The translations under genes and the position numbers were made by a program. From an uncultured virus (IMG/VR IMGVR_UViG_3300025853_000056) (Duplodnaviria; Heunggongvirae; Uroviricota; Caudoviricetes), in the IMG/VR virus record IMGVR_UViG_3300025853_000056: DNA of 64,000 bases; one strand, written 5' to 3'. Every line of letters starts with the position of its first letter. Position 1 is the stretch's first letter. Below the pieces are notes generated by a model that worked only from the letters and a program-made list of their open reading frames with translations, was not told where the DNA came from and did not search any database. This document shows positions 1-7,256 of this stretch, piece by piece.

Positions 1-28
1 AGGCCACCGCAATCCCTATTTCAAAGTG

Positions 29-105
29 GTGTGGCTTTTATGCAGTTACCACACGGGCGATGAAAATAACCAGTCCAATTCATTGTAAAGACCGCTGCAT
101 TGCCC
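29..105 (-). ncRNA. Candidate structured (pseudoknotted) RNA, family unknown
   Basis: Non-coding gap with pairings GGGC/GCCC, CGGUC/GACUG and GUGUGG/CCACAC; loop UAACUGCA is complementary to upstream UGCA and GUUA. Confidence 0.35.
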
Positions 106-112
106 AAGATAA

Positions 113-838
113 TCAGGCTTGATGTTGAGCCAAGTCCTGTTTTAATTCTTCGAGACTACTATAACACGCTTCGTCATCATAGTCAACATAAAAGTAGTCT
201 TCCACATATTTATGCATTCCAGCTTCATGTCCACGGCCACCAGATTTAATGCACTTCAAGACTTGGTAATTTTCAAGACCTTCGACTTCTACGTCTTCAT
301 ACTCTGCAATATCCCACTCTTCAAGGATTTCCTTTTTACCATTCGTTATAGTATAAACTTCACCATAACCTTGTTCCTCTTCCCATTCTACAGTGATGAC
401 ATGCTTGGGAAATTTGAGACTAAGATGATGAATCCAGTTATAAGGCTCTTCCCACGGAGTTTGAAATCCAACTTCTTCAGAATTACAGTAATCTGTTTGA
501 GCATTCCACTTACATCCCCAATTCTTTACGCACCAATCATACCAATCACTTGCACCATACAATTCAAGAAATCGCTCCTTGTCTTTTTCAGTCATTGGAA
601 TTAGATGCTGCCGATTACCATATTCCAATTTGCCTTTTATAATCTCTTTTGCTTGTTCTTCCAGTGATACTGTGGAACCTGTCCAGTAGTCTTTAAGGTC
701 AGGTGGGATAGGCATAATAAGCTCGAAATCTACATCCCTCGTCCCGAAATCACCATCTATTTTACCGAATGTGTCATTAGTAATAGCGTTAATGACATCA
801 GTATGTGCAGATAATTTAACATTAACCCAATTTGGCAT
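113..838 (-). CDS. DUF1281/YubB ferredoxin-like domain phage protein (start revised to ATG 838, MPNW...)
   Basis: MPNW N-terminus, DFELIMPIP, WYDWCVKNWGCKWNA and FQTPW motifs. Confidence 0.75.
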   Translation of the reverse strand: MPNWVNVKLSAHTDVINAITNDTFGKIDGDFGTRDVDFELIMPIPPDLKDYWTGSTVSLEEQAKEIIKGKLEYGNRQHLIPMTEKDKERFLELYGASDWYDWCVKNWGCKWNAQTDYCNSEEVGFQTPWEEPYNWIHHLSLKFPKHVITVEWEEEQGYGEVYTITNGKKEILEEWDIAEYEDVEVEGLENYQVLKCIKSGGRGHEAGMHKYVEDYFYVDYDDEACYSSLEELKQDLAQHQA

Positions 839-854
839 ATATTTTAGTAAGTAG

Positions 855-875
855 GTGGGGGGCAATGCCCCCCAC
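855..875. other. Perfect 9-bp GC hairpin (terminator or RNA stability element)
   Basis: GTGGGGGGC-AAT-GCCCCCCAC between two ORFs; no clear U-tract. Confidence 0.5.
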
Positions 876-880
876 GATTG

Positions 881-1342
881 TTATTTAGACACTATTTCAC
901 GACCCATATGGAGAACTGCTTCCAGCTCTTTTAGGTCACCGATGGAGATACTATCCCTTCTTTTCGTCACCATGTCAAACAATTCTTGAGTCAAACTGCT
1001 GACCACATCCTTCAAGAACACATTTGAGTGCTCTTTGGGAATAGACCCCTTATCGAGTCTTTCCTTGAACGATGATTCGATCAGGTTCTCAACTAGAGCG
1101 GTGATACTCACATCCTCTATTGAGGACATGACTTTCGCAGCTTCCAGATGCTGACCTTTTAATCTGAAACAAGACCCTTGCTTTGTAGAAGTCGCTTTTA
1201 AGGGCAACTGCTTTTGCGAGGATTGTTTATCTGTGAAAACAATCCTACTCTTGGTCTCAGGGCGTAAAGTCGCCACAGGAGCATAGTAGTGATTGCCGTA
1301 TTTGCTTAGGACCTTAACTGTCTTAACTGTTCTTTTTGGCAT
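881..1342 (-). CDS. Putative ribbon-helix-helix DNA-binding protein
   Basis: CFRLKGQHLEAAKVMSSIEDVSITALVENLIE fits the RHH strand-helix-helix pattern. Confidence 0.5.
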   Translation of the reverse strand: MPKRTVKTVKVLSKYGNHYYAPVATLRPETKSRIVFTDKQSSQKQLPLKATSTKQGSCFRLKGQHLEAAKVMSSIEDVSITALVENLIESSFKERLDKGSIPKEHSNVFLKDVVSSLTQELFDMVTKRRDSISIGDLKELEAVLHMGREIVSK

Positions 1343-1349
1343 ATGTATT

Positions 1350-1571
1350 TTAGCTTATTGTTCTCACTCTCCTCAGTGAATCGTAGGCTTGGCCGATACG
1401 ACTCACATTAGATTCATACATGTATAACGCAGTTGATTCTGAAATGCAAGCTTTTTTCATCCTGCTTTTTTCTTGGTCAACCAACTTGTGGGCGTTATTC
1501 AGTGCTGATAGAATCACAGATTCTAAAAGCGTGTGGGTTCTCAGATCGAGCTGATTATCGGAATGACTCAT
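1350..1571 (-). CDS. Hypothetical protein (likely start ATG 1571, MSHSDN)
   Basis: ORF packed in the minus-strand operon. Confidence 0.55.
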   Translation of the reverse strand: MSHSDNQLDLRTHTLLESVILSALNNAHKLVDQEKSRMKKACISESTALYMYESNVSRIGQAYDSLRRVRTIS

Positions 1572-1806
1572 ATTGACGAATGATTGAATCTTCATTCAGT
1601 ATCTGAGGTTCCACGGTATATTGCAAGCCATTTTTTTCCATAGCTCTTGAAAACACACCCCAGTCGCAATCTTCTTCCAAAAAGGCATAACCAGCAGCCT
1701 TATATGAGTAATGCGAGATTTTGTCAACTATATTTAGTCGTTGTAGCAATTTGATTGGCACACGCAGCCAACCGTGACCCGGATCTATTGTAGCAATAAG
1801 TTTCAT
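1555..1806 (-). CDS. Conserved small phage protein
   Basis: DPGHGWL...SYK...FLEEDCD motif recalled from phage hypothetical proteins. Confidence 0.65.
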   Translation of the reverse strand: MKLIATIDPGHGWLRVPIKLLQRLNIVDKISHYSYKAAGYAFLEEDCDWGVFSRAMEKNGLQYTVEPQILNEDSIIRQYESFR

Positions 1807-1807
1807 A

Positions 1808-2131
1808 TTAGAATTGTGATTTGTTGTAATTGTATTTCAATAATGCGAGCCTGTCAACTTTTTGTCCTTTAGTGTTTGTCTTTTTTTTGCAGAATTTTTT
1901 AAATGCTGCTGCCCACTCTTCTCTAGTTCCCATGTAGCTTTCTTCATCGTATGGAGTGTGTTGAAAGCCATACTTACTTGTCGCGTAGTCATGAACCTTC
2001 TCTGGTCTCCAGTATTTAGAAGTCAAGCTAATTTTAGCTTTTTTTATTCTTGCAAGTTCCGCAGGAACTAAGCTAGTCCAAGGAACTTTGTCTTCGTGTT
2101 TTTTGCCTTTGCTTTTGAAGTTAATCTTCAT
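1808..2131 (-). CDS. Basic hypothetical protein
   Basis: Lys-rich ORF directly behind a leaderless promoter. Confidence 0.7.
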   Translation of the reverse strand: MKINFKSKGKKHEDKVPWTSLVPAELARIKKAKISLTSKYWRPEKVHDYATSKYGFQHTPYDEESYMGTREEWAAAFKKFCKKKTNTKGQKVDRLALLKYNYNKSQF

Positions 2132-2137
2132 AACTCA

Positions 2138-2165
2138 ACTATACGCTGTGAGAATAAGGTGTCAA
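2138..2165 (-). promoter_or_regulatory. Sigma70-type leaderless promoter
   Basis: TTGACA-16-TATAGT-6 nt-ATG(2131). Confidence 0.75.
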
Positions 2166-2195
2166 ACTAATATTCTAATATTCTAATAGAATATA

Positions 2196-2281
2196 CAACT
2201 CCTTGCGAAGCAAGGAGTTACGTTGGGGCCCCCGGCGGCGTAACCCCCTGATAATCAAGGGGTTACGTGATATAGTTTATA
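2196..2281 (+). repeat. Element E1 (25-20-25 bp plus TATA box), core forward
   Basis: caactccttgcgaagcaaggagtta|cgttggggcccccggcggcg|taaccccctgataatcaaggggtta|cgtga|tatagtttata. Confidence 0.9.
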
Positions 2282-2519
2282 TTAATTCTTCTATTTTAAG
2301 TTTTTCCATAAAGTCATCTTTATACATGTCTGCCATATCATGGTCGATGCGGCGATTTAATTTATCATTCAAGTAGTCGAACAGACCAATAAGCTCATGA
2401 ATAGAAAGATCCTCTACCCAATCCATGTAGACAATTTTAGGATCTAGCATTAATGCTCGCCACGCAATCTCTTCCACATAACCTTGCTCCAATAAAACAG
2501 ATAGTTTTTCTTTTTTCAT
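2277..2519 (-). CDS. Hypothetical protein (likely start ATG 2519, MKKEKL)
   Basis: ORF abutting the upstream gene; its stop codon lies inside the E1 TATA box. Confidence 0.6.
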   Translation of the reverse strand: MKKEKLSVLLEQGYVEEIAWRALMLDPKIVYMDWVEDLSIHELIGLFDYLNDKLNRRIDHDMADMYKDDFMEKLKIEELI

Positions 2520-2520
2520 A

Positions 2521-2850
2521 TTAATCTTTTGAAGCTGAATCGTAGAATAATCCATAAGATGGACTGAAGTGTAACACTTGCTCAATGATCATGTAAGCTA
2601 AATTTTCCATCAGCTTATTGAGTCCCTCAGAGGTAGGATATTGTTTCAATTCTAAGTCACGATCATGCAGGTGTGCGTAAACCGATTCGTAAAAATCGGG
2701 ATCTTCAAATCGAATCATTTCAACCAATTTCCAACATGCCCGATTATCTATTGTGAATAAGCTCGCATAAGCGTGAGGGCTTCCAAAACCTTGATTGATA
2801 GCCTTGGCCAAGTTGCTCATGGTCTGATTGAATTCTTCGAAGGTTTTCAT
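2521..2850 (-). CDS. Hypothetical protein
   Basis: ORF, 1-nt spacing to neighbours. Confidence 0.7.
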   Translation of the reverse strand: MKTFEEFNQTMSNLAKAINQGFGSPHAYASLFTIDNRACWKLVEMIRFEDPDFYESVYAHLHDRDLELKQYPTSEGLNKLMENLAYMIIEQVLHFSPSYGLFYDSASKD

Positions 2851-2851
2851 A

Positions 2852-3046
2852 TTAATCTTTTTCTATTTGATCAGTGATATCATCAAGTATGTGAAGTATG
2901 CCACCAAGACTCTGAATCTTTTTTGGCAGAGAGATTGGGTAGTCATCATAATGTGATTCAAGAAATCCAATAACATCTAATAAATCGCATTTTTGCTCGA
3001 ATAGCAGTTTTGCATCAATGTTTTCAATGGTGGCGGTGTGTCTCAT
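2852..3046 (-). CDS. Hypothetical protein
   Basis: ORF, 1-nt spacing to neighbours. Confidence 0.7.
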   Translation of the reverse strand: MRHTATIENIDAKLLFEQKCDLLDVIGFLESHYDDYPISLPKKIQSLGGILHILDDITDQIEKD

Positions 3047-3047
3047 A

Positions 3048-3242
3048 TTATTGTGGGCAAAGTTCTCGAAAGATCTTTTTCATTTCTTCTGGGGATATTT
3101 CGTCTGTCTGTTTTTTAGTCTTGGTGGCGACCACCTTCTTCATTTTTAATTGTTGAACAGGTAGATCAGTCGATGTGATTTCTGACACGATGCCTTTTTT
3201 AATGCACCGCTTAACAAGGGCTGCGTATTTTTCTTTTGTCAT
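3048..3242 (-). CDS. Hypothetical protein
   Basis: ORF in tight operon. Confidence 0.65.
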   Translation of the reverse strand: MTKEKYAALVKRCIKKGIVSEITSTDLPVQQLKMKKVVATKTKKQTDEISPEEMKKIFRELCPQ

Positions 3243-3247
3243 AATTT

Positions 3248-3625
3248 TTATTCAGCTAACCATTTGGCCTTGATTTTATTTTTGTCATACATTTTGACAA
3301 ACTTGTTGATCTCATTAGCAAGATCATCATGGTAGACATCTTTATATGCTCTGGCCAAAAGGTCAAGAGCTTTTTCAAATCTTAGTTCGGTGGGTTTTTT
3401 GAATTTATAGCGAAACATTACAATTTCATCAATAGCACGATGATCCCAATCACCATTGAAGTACTGAGCTTGATAACGAATCAACTTTGCGACTTGTTCA
3501 ACCGTGCATTCGATTGGTTGAAACTCTTTTCGTCCGTAACCCTCAAAATCATCTATGGATAAATGATTTAGATCGGCGTCTGATTTAGCGATGCGAATCG
3601 CTTGGTTCATATCGGCAATGTTCAT
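3248..3625 (-). CDS. Hypothetical protein (likely start ATG 3625)
   Basis: ORF; TTGACT -35-like hexamer at 3656-3661 upstream. Confidence 0.7.
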   Translation of the reverse strand: MNIADMNQAIRIAKSDADLNHLSIDDFEGYGRKEFQPIECTVEQVAKLIRYQAQYFNGDWDHRAIDEIVMFRYKFKKPTELRFEKALDLLARAYKDVYHDDLANEINKFVKMYDKNKIKAKWLAE

Positions 3626-3735
3626 AAGCAATATTTAATAACAAAATGAGTTGAGAGTCAATAAAAAATAATCAATGTCAAACGATAAATAAGTAAATAA
3701 TAAATAATAAAAAAATACAATATAATTAATATCCA

Positions 3736-3821
3736 TAAGTCCTTGAGAATCAAGGACTTACGTTGGGGCCCCCGCCGCTGTAACCTCTTGATAATCAAGA
3801 GGTTATGAATTATAATTTATA
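3736..3821 (+). repeat. Element E2, core forward
   Basis: taagtccttgagaatcaaggactta|cgttggggcccccgccgctg|taacctcttgataatcaagaggtta|tgaat|tataatttata. Confidence 0.92.
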
Positions 3822-3829
3822 AAAGGGGC

Positions 3830-3985
3830 TCAGTCGCCCGTGTCGAAGCGACTCTCGAAGTAAGAGTCAACGTCATCCTCGCGTAGCTCGTTACGCGCCA
3901 GCCAGTGGCCGTAACAATCGTGGTCGAAGTCGTCGGGGTAGACCTCCTCGCAGGAGGGTTGCCAGTGGTTCAATTCATCGTTCAT
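3830..3985 (-). CDS. Small acidic protein, 51 aa (absent from the ORF track)
   Basis: MNDELNHWQPSCEEVYPDDFDHDCYGHWLARNELREDDVDSYFESRFDTGD; preceded by TTGACA-17-TAGATT-6-ATG. Confidence 0.75.
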   Translation of the reverse strand: MNDELNHWQPSCEEVYPDDFDHDCYGHWLARNELREDDVDSYFESRFDTGD

Positions 3986-4028
3986 AAGAATAATCTACTA
4001 TAAAAAAAGACCTTTGTCAACAAAAAGT

Positions 4029-4220
4029 TTAGTGGGTCGCGCCACATGACAGACAGGTGCGTGGTGCTCGCCAGACCAGCTCTTCTGTGCCGTCGGCGTT
4101 GTGGCACATCACGCTAGTGCCGATCAGAGCGGCACGGCGAATGGCTGCGTTCAGCCCCCTGCGCGATGCGCTGTAGCGCATGGTGAAACCGGGGATGTAG
4201 TAGAATTTCATATTTTCCAT
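4029..4220 (-). CDS. Small protein with C-terminal CxxC (start revised to ATG 4220, MENMKF)
   Basis: TATGCT-6-ATG geometry as for other early genes. Confidence 0.65.
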   Translation of the reverse strand: MENMKFYYIPGFTMRYSASRRGLNAAIRRAALIGTSVMCHNADGTEELVWRAPRTCLSCGATH

Positions 4221-4226
4221 GCGTCT

Positions 4227-4278
4227 AGCATAGCATAAGGGGTAGGACAAAAGCTGTCCAACCCCAAAAAAAGTGAAA
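4227..4278 (-). promoter_or_regulatory. Class-II early promoter with palindromic operator, copy 1
   Basis: TATGCT -10 six nt before ATG; 36-bp block 4243-4278 identical to 5402-5437 and containing GGACA-AAAGC-TGTCC. Confidence 0.65.
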
Positions 4279-4326
4279 CTTTTTTTTTGGGGTAAGGTTG
4301 GCACGGTTCTTGTATTTCACTTTTTG

Positions 4327-4412
4327 TAAACCGTTGATAATCAACAGGTTATGTCGCGGGGGGCCCCAACGTAAGTCGTTGACTACGAGGGGTTTACGAA
4401 TTATAATTTATA
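4327..4412 (+). repeat. Element E3, core inverted
   Basis: taaaccgttgataatcaacaggtta|tgtcgcggggggccccaacg|taagtcgttgactacgaggggttta|cgaat|tataatttata. Confidence 0.9.
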
Positions 4413-4418
4413 TAATGT

Positions 4419-4443
4419 TTTGGGCTGGCGTTGCCAGCCCAAA
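4419..4443. other. 11-bp hairpin after the 4449-4649 stop codon
   Basis: TTTGGGCTGGC-GTT-GCCAGCCCAAA. Confidence 0.5.
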
Positions 4444-4448
4444 GGGGG

Positions 4449-4649
4449 TCAGTCAACCCGTTGGATTTTACCAATGATGCTGCCCTTGGTGAAGGAGCGG
4501 ATGCCATATTGCTGATGCTCCCCGCTGTATTTGTAGGCGGTGAAGAAGTGGGGCTTGTCAACGATAGGGCCAGAGGTCACATAAGTGTTGACAGTTCCGT
4601 CTTGGCGTTTGTAAACGAACGTGTATTTTTCAGTAGGGAATGATTGCAT
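4449..4649 (-). CDS. Hypothetical protein
   Basis: ORF co-oriented with neighbours and followed by a hairpin. Confidence 0.65.
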   Translation of the reverse strand: MQSFPTEKYTFVYKRQDGTVNTYVTSGPIVDKPHFFTAYKYSGEHQQYGIRSFTKGSIIGKIQRVD

Positions 4650-4679
4650 ATTATTTTTCGCTTTCTGTTTATTGTTAAA

Positions 4680-4907
4680 TTAGTATTTGACGGTCCAAGC
4701 ATGTTTGCTGACTAATTTTGCACGAACTTCGGTCAAGGAGTCAACAACTTTCTTTAGTTCTTCTGCGAAGTATTTTGGGCCAAGGTCTTGATATTTGACC
4801 ATGCCGTTAGCATGAGCCTCAAGGGTTCCAGTGATGGAGGCGAGGTAAGCGGTGATAGCGAACTCACTGTCTTGTTCGTCGGTGTAATCTTTAATGTTTT
4901 CGTTCAT
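4680..4907 (-). CDS. Hypothetical protein
   Basis: Preceded by TTGACA-17-TAAATT-6-ATG. Confidence 0.75.
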   Translation of the reverse strand: MNENIKDYTDEQDSEFAITAYLASITGTLEAHANGMVKYQDLGPKYFAEELKKVVDSLTEVRAKLVSKHAWTVKY

Positions 4908-4945
4908 ACAAGTAATTTAGTGCAATTTTTATTGTTTGTCAAATT

Positions 4946-5152
4946 TTATTTGACCCAATCTTCAGCGCATTTCACCCAAGCATTTCCGTCAATGATTGTT
5001 CTTTCAAACTGTTCTATGACCTGCTCGCGTTTCTTGATCATTTTTTCAGCATACATTTCCATCGCCTGAATCATGAACAACTGATGCAATGGACCTTCAC
5101 TCGCGTATTCGGTGATGATGTCCATATTTGTCATATTGTCGATATTTGTCAT
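4946..5152 (-). CDS. Hypothetical protein (start revised to ATG 5152)
   Basis: TTGCAA-17-CATAAT-6-ATG. Confidence 0.7.
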   Translation of the reverse strand: MTNIDNMTNMDIITEYASEGPLHQLFMIQAMEMYAEKMIKKREQVIEQFERTIIDGNAWVKCAEDWVK

Positions 5153-5190
5153 ATTCAAATTATGGTAAAAAATGGAAAGCATTGCAAGAA

Positions 5191-5379
5191 TTATTTTTGA
5201 ATTATTTTCGCAACCCGCAGGTCGATTGTTCCCCACTTGCCCTGACTTGGGCCTTCGAGATATTCGCCAGTCACGGAATCACCGCGCTGGGTGCTAGGAA
5301 AGATGCGGACCTTCACGCCATTGAAGGTCATGATATTTTTGTTGTTAGTCAACTCTGGATTTATCATTAATGTTTTCAT
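5191..5379 (-). CDS. Hypothetical protein
   Basis: ORF behind class-II promoter copy 2. Confidence 0.7.
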   Translation of the reverse strand: MKTLMINPELTNNKNIMTFNGVKVRIFPSTQRGDSVTGEYLEGPSQGKWGTIDLRVAKIIQK

Positions 5380-5385
5380 GCTATA

Positions 5386-5437
5386 AGCATAGCATACACC
5401 CTAGGACAAAAGCTGTCCAACCCCAAAAAAAGTGAAA
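5386..5437 (-). promoter_or_regulatory. Class-II early promoter with palindromic operator, copy 2
   Basis: Same agcatagcata and 36-bp taggacaaaagctgtccaaccccaaaaaaagtgaaa block as 4227-4278. Confidence 0.65.
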
Positions 5438-5470
5438 AAAAGTTTTTTGAAAAAAAGTCTTGACATTGCA

Positions 5471-5556
5471 TAAGCCGTTGATAATCAACAGGTTACATTG
5501 GGGCCCCCCATCGCGTAACTCATTGATATAGAACAACTTATAGAATATAATTTATA
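5471..5556 (+). repeat. Element E4, core forward
   Basis: taagccgttgataatcaacaggtta|cattggggccccccatcgcg|taactcattgatatagaacaactta|tagaa|tataatttata. Confidence 0.9.
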
Positions 5557-5560
5557 TTAT

Positions 5561-5595
5561 AAAACAAAAAGGGAGGGAGCCGAAGCTCCCTCCTT
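5561..5595 (-). terminator. Rho-independent terminator
   Basis: GGAGGGAGC-TTCG-GCTCCCTCC followed by CTTTTTGTTTT on the minus strand. Confidence 0.85.
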
Positions 5596-5646
5596 GCGCA
5601 CTTAGATAAGTATGAACAAGACCAAACGAGTTAGGTAGAAAGTCAA

Positions 5647-6090
5647 CTATAATTTATAAAAAATGTGGCGTCCGATCTTGGCGACAGGCTTTTCGCCTTT
5701 GGCCCAATATGGAGCCTTGATGTAATCGGCATAGTAATGGTTGGCGTTGCCGATCTTCGAGCGATCAATGCGGTGCATATTTTTGGCAAGGTAGATTGCC
5801 ATTTCTGCTTGCGGGACATCTAGCAGATGATCAAGGTCTGAGATCTTCTTGCCATTCCAACAAGAGAACTGCCATTTAGCTAAACAGACTTTTTCCCATG
5901 TTTGCTTGCGGTCGATTGCACGTTGAGCGATGACGGCTGCAACGGCTCCCATTCCTCTATCGCCTTCGCTCCTAGCTTCAGCAAGGATGGTGATTGCAAC
6001 CACTTGTTGTTCTTTAGTAAGTCCAGACTGTGCGCCCAGTGCCGCGATTGATTGTGATATAAGAAGGACATATAGTGCGATTGTTTTCAT
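5647..6090 (-). CDS. Cell wall hydrolase, SleB/CwlJ (Hydrolase_2) family, with signal-like N-terminus
   Basis: ILAEARSEG...AVAAVI, QFSCWN, ANHYY, PYWA, IGRHIFY. Confidence 0.9.
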   Translation of the reverse strand: MKTIALYVLLISQSIAALGAQSGLTKEQQVVAITILAEARSEGDRGMGAVAAVIAQRAIDRKQTWEKVCLAKWQFSCWNGKKISDLDHLLDVPQAEMAIYLAKNMHRIDRSKIGNANHYYADYIKAPYWAKGEKPVAKIGRHIFYKL

Positions 6091-6096
6091 ACGTAT

Positions 6097-6124
6097 AAGA
6101 TAACAGATTTTGAGTTAGTGTCAA
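6097..6124 (-). promoter_or_regulatory. Leaderless promoter (extended -10), repeated at 6486-6513 and 7039-7066
   Basis: TTGACA-16-(TGT)TATCTT-ATACGT-ATG; TCTGTTATCTTATACGTATGAAA is shared by three genes. Confidence 0.8.
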
Positions 6125-6131
6125 CTATTTT

Positions 6132-6479
6132 TTATTCATCAAAAGCTTGCTCTGCAACCTTTAAGGCTTCGAGTATGTTATTTAGTTTTTGTAAAGTCGG
6201 TAGGTGTGAGGTTTTATAATTTAACGTGTTAATCTTCCAGAGGATTTCATTTATTGACTCAAGTAACACGCCTTTTTTCAATGGGTTTTTAGAGTCTTCA
6301 AGGTTAAGCTCTTTAATCTTTTGTGAAATTAATTTTTTGACCGCATTTGACAAGTTGTCATTATCGGCTTCTGCAATTAAATTAAGAGCTTCCGAATGAG
6401 ATTTATTTAAACGTAAAGAGGTTGGATTAAGCCTGTCTCCAGTTTGGAATCTTGGTCTTCTAGTTTTTTTTGTTTTCAT
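6132..6479 (-). CDS. Putative RHH/CopG-like DNA-binding protein (start revised to ATG 6479)
   Basis: TSLRLNKSHSEALNLIAEADNDNLSNAVKKLI; leaderless promoter geometry. Confidence 0.55.
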   Translation of the reverse strand: MKTKKTRRPRFQTGDRLNPTSLRLNKSHSEALNLIAEADNDNLSNAVKKLISQKIKELNLEDSKNPLKKGVLLESINEILWKINTLNYKTSHLPTLQKLNNILEALKVAEQAFDE

Positions 6480-6498
6480 ACGTATAAGATAACAGAAT

Positions 6499-7032
6499 TT
6501 AGGCAAGTGTCAAATGTTTTTTTATTCTATTCAATTTTTTATCGATCAACAAAAGTTTCGCTCGCTGTGTGTATAACTTCCTATTCTTAAGGACAGCGTT
6601 GAAAAAATCATTTGGGTTCATGCCTGAGTCTAGTATTAAATTGGCGATAGATTTAGCTGACAATTCGTATCCGCGTCGCAAGTAGAAAAAATACCCTACA
6701 TTTTTTAACAGCAATTCAGCTAATTCTTTTTTAGTGAAATCAGGAATTTTCCACCCCCAGAGTTTTTTAATCAGGTCTCTAGAATTAGGAAAGTTCAACT
6801 CGAATAAAGCCTCTTTTATCTTTTGCCTCCCTTCGTATTGCGCTTTTATTTCTTCTGCGTTTATTCCATCTATTTGATTAATCAGTTTCTCCATGTTTGC
6901 TCCGCAGCCACGAAGTCTTCTACAATGACCGCTAAGCAACATTATATCCCTTAATTGTTTCACGCTGTGGATTCGGTGTCTATCCAACAAGTTTTTGACT
7001 TTAGTTGGCAACTGTTGTTCGTTAAGTTTCAT
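6499..7032 (-). CDS. Protein with N-terminal RNA polymerase alpha-CTD-like (HhH) domain
   Basis: LPTKVKNLLDRHRIHSVKQL...RRLRGCGANMEKLI resembles the alphaCTD LxxRxxNxLxxxxIxxxxxL...LG pattern. Confidence 0.5.
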   Translation of the reverse strand: MKLNEQQLPTKVKNLLDRHRIHSVKQLRDIMLLSGHCRRLRGCGANMEKLINQIDGINAEEIKAQYEGRQKIKEALFELNFPNSRDLIKKLWGWKIPDFTKKELAELLLKNVGYFFYLRRGYELSAKSIANLILDSGMNPNDFFNAVLKNRKLYTQRAKLLLIDKKLNRIKKHLTLA

Positions 7033-7075
7033 ACGTATAAGATAACAGAATTTTTTATGAGTGCAAGAAAAAGTT

Positions 7076-7195
7076 TTAATTATTTTTAGCTAGTGCCATC
7101 CAACCACGGGCAACGCGCACCATTGTTCTGTGTCTGCGGATAGCGCGAGCGGGGATTTTGATCTGTTTCGTTTCGTTGTTTTCTTTATCTTTCAT
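7076..7195 (-). CDS. Small basic protein, 39 aa (absent from the ORF track)
   Basis: MKDKENNETKQIKIPARAIRRHRTMVRVARGWMALAKNN; TTGCTT-17-TTTAAT-6-ATG. Confidence 0.6.
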   Translation of the reverse strand: MKDKENNETKQIKIPARAIRRHRTMVRVARGWMALAKNN

Positions 7196-7256
7196 ACTGA
7201 AATTAAACCACAAATCAGAATAAAAAGCAAGAAAAAAAATAAAAAAGTTTCAGTTG

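Noticed and set aside
29..105. Twister ribozyme or tRNA assignment
   Set aside because: AAUGCAGC/GGUUA/GCCC are suggestive, but loop length and pseudoknot order differ from twister; there is no cloverleaf or T-loop.
3781..3805. Arm centre TTGATAATCAA as a Fur or FNR box
   Set aside because: It shares only TGATAATCA with the 19-bp Fur box, and the half-site spacing is 1 nt rather than FNR's 4. Neither explains the 25-20-25 geometry, though host-factor binding is not excluded.
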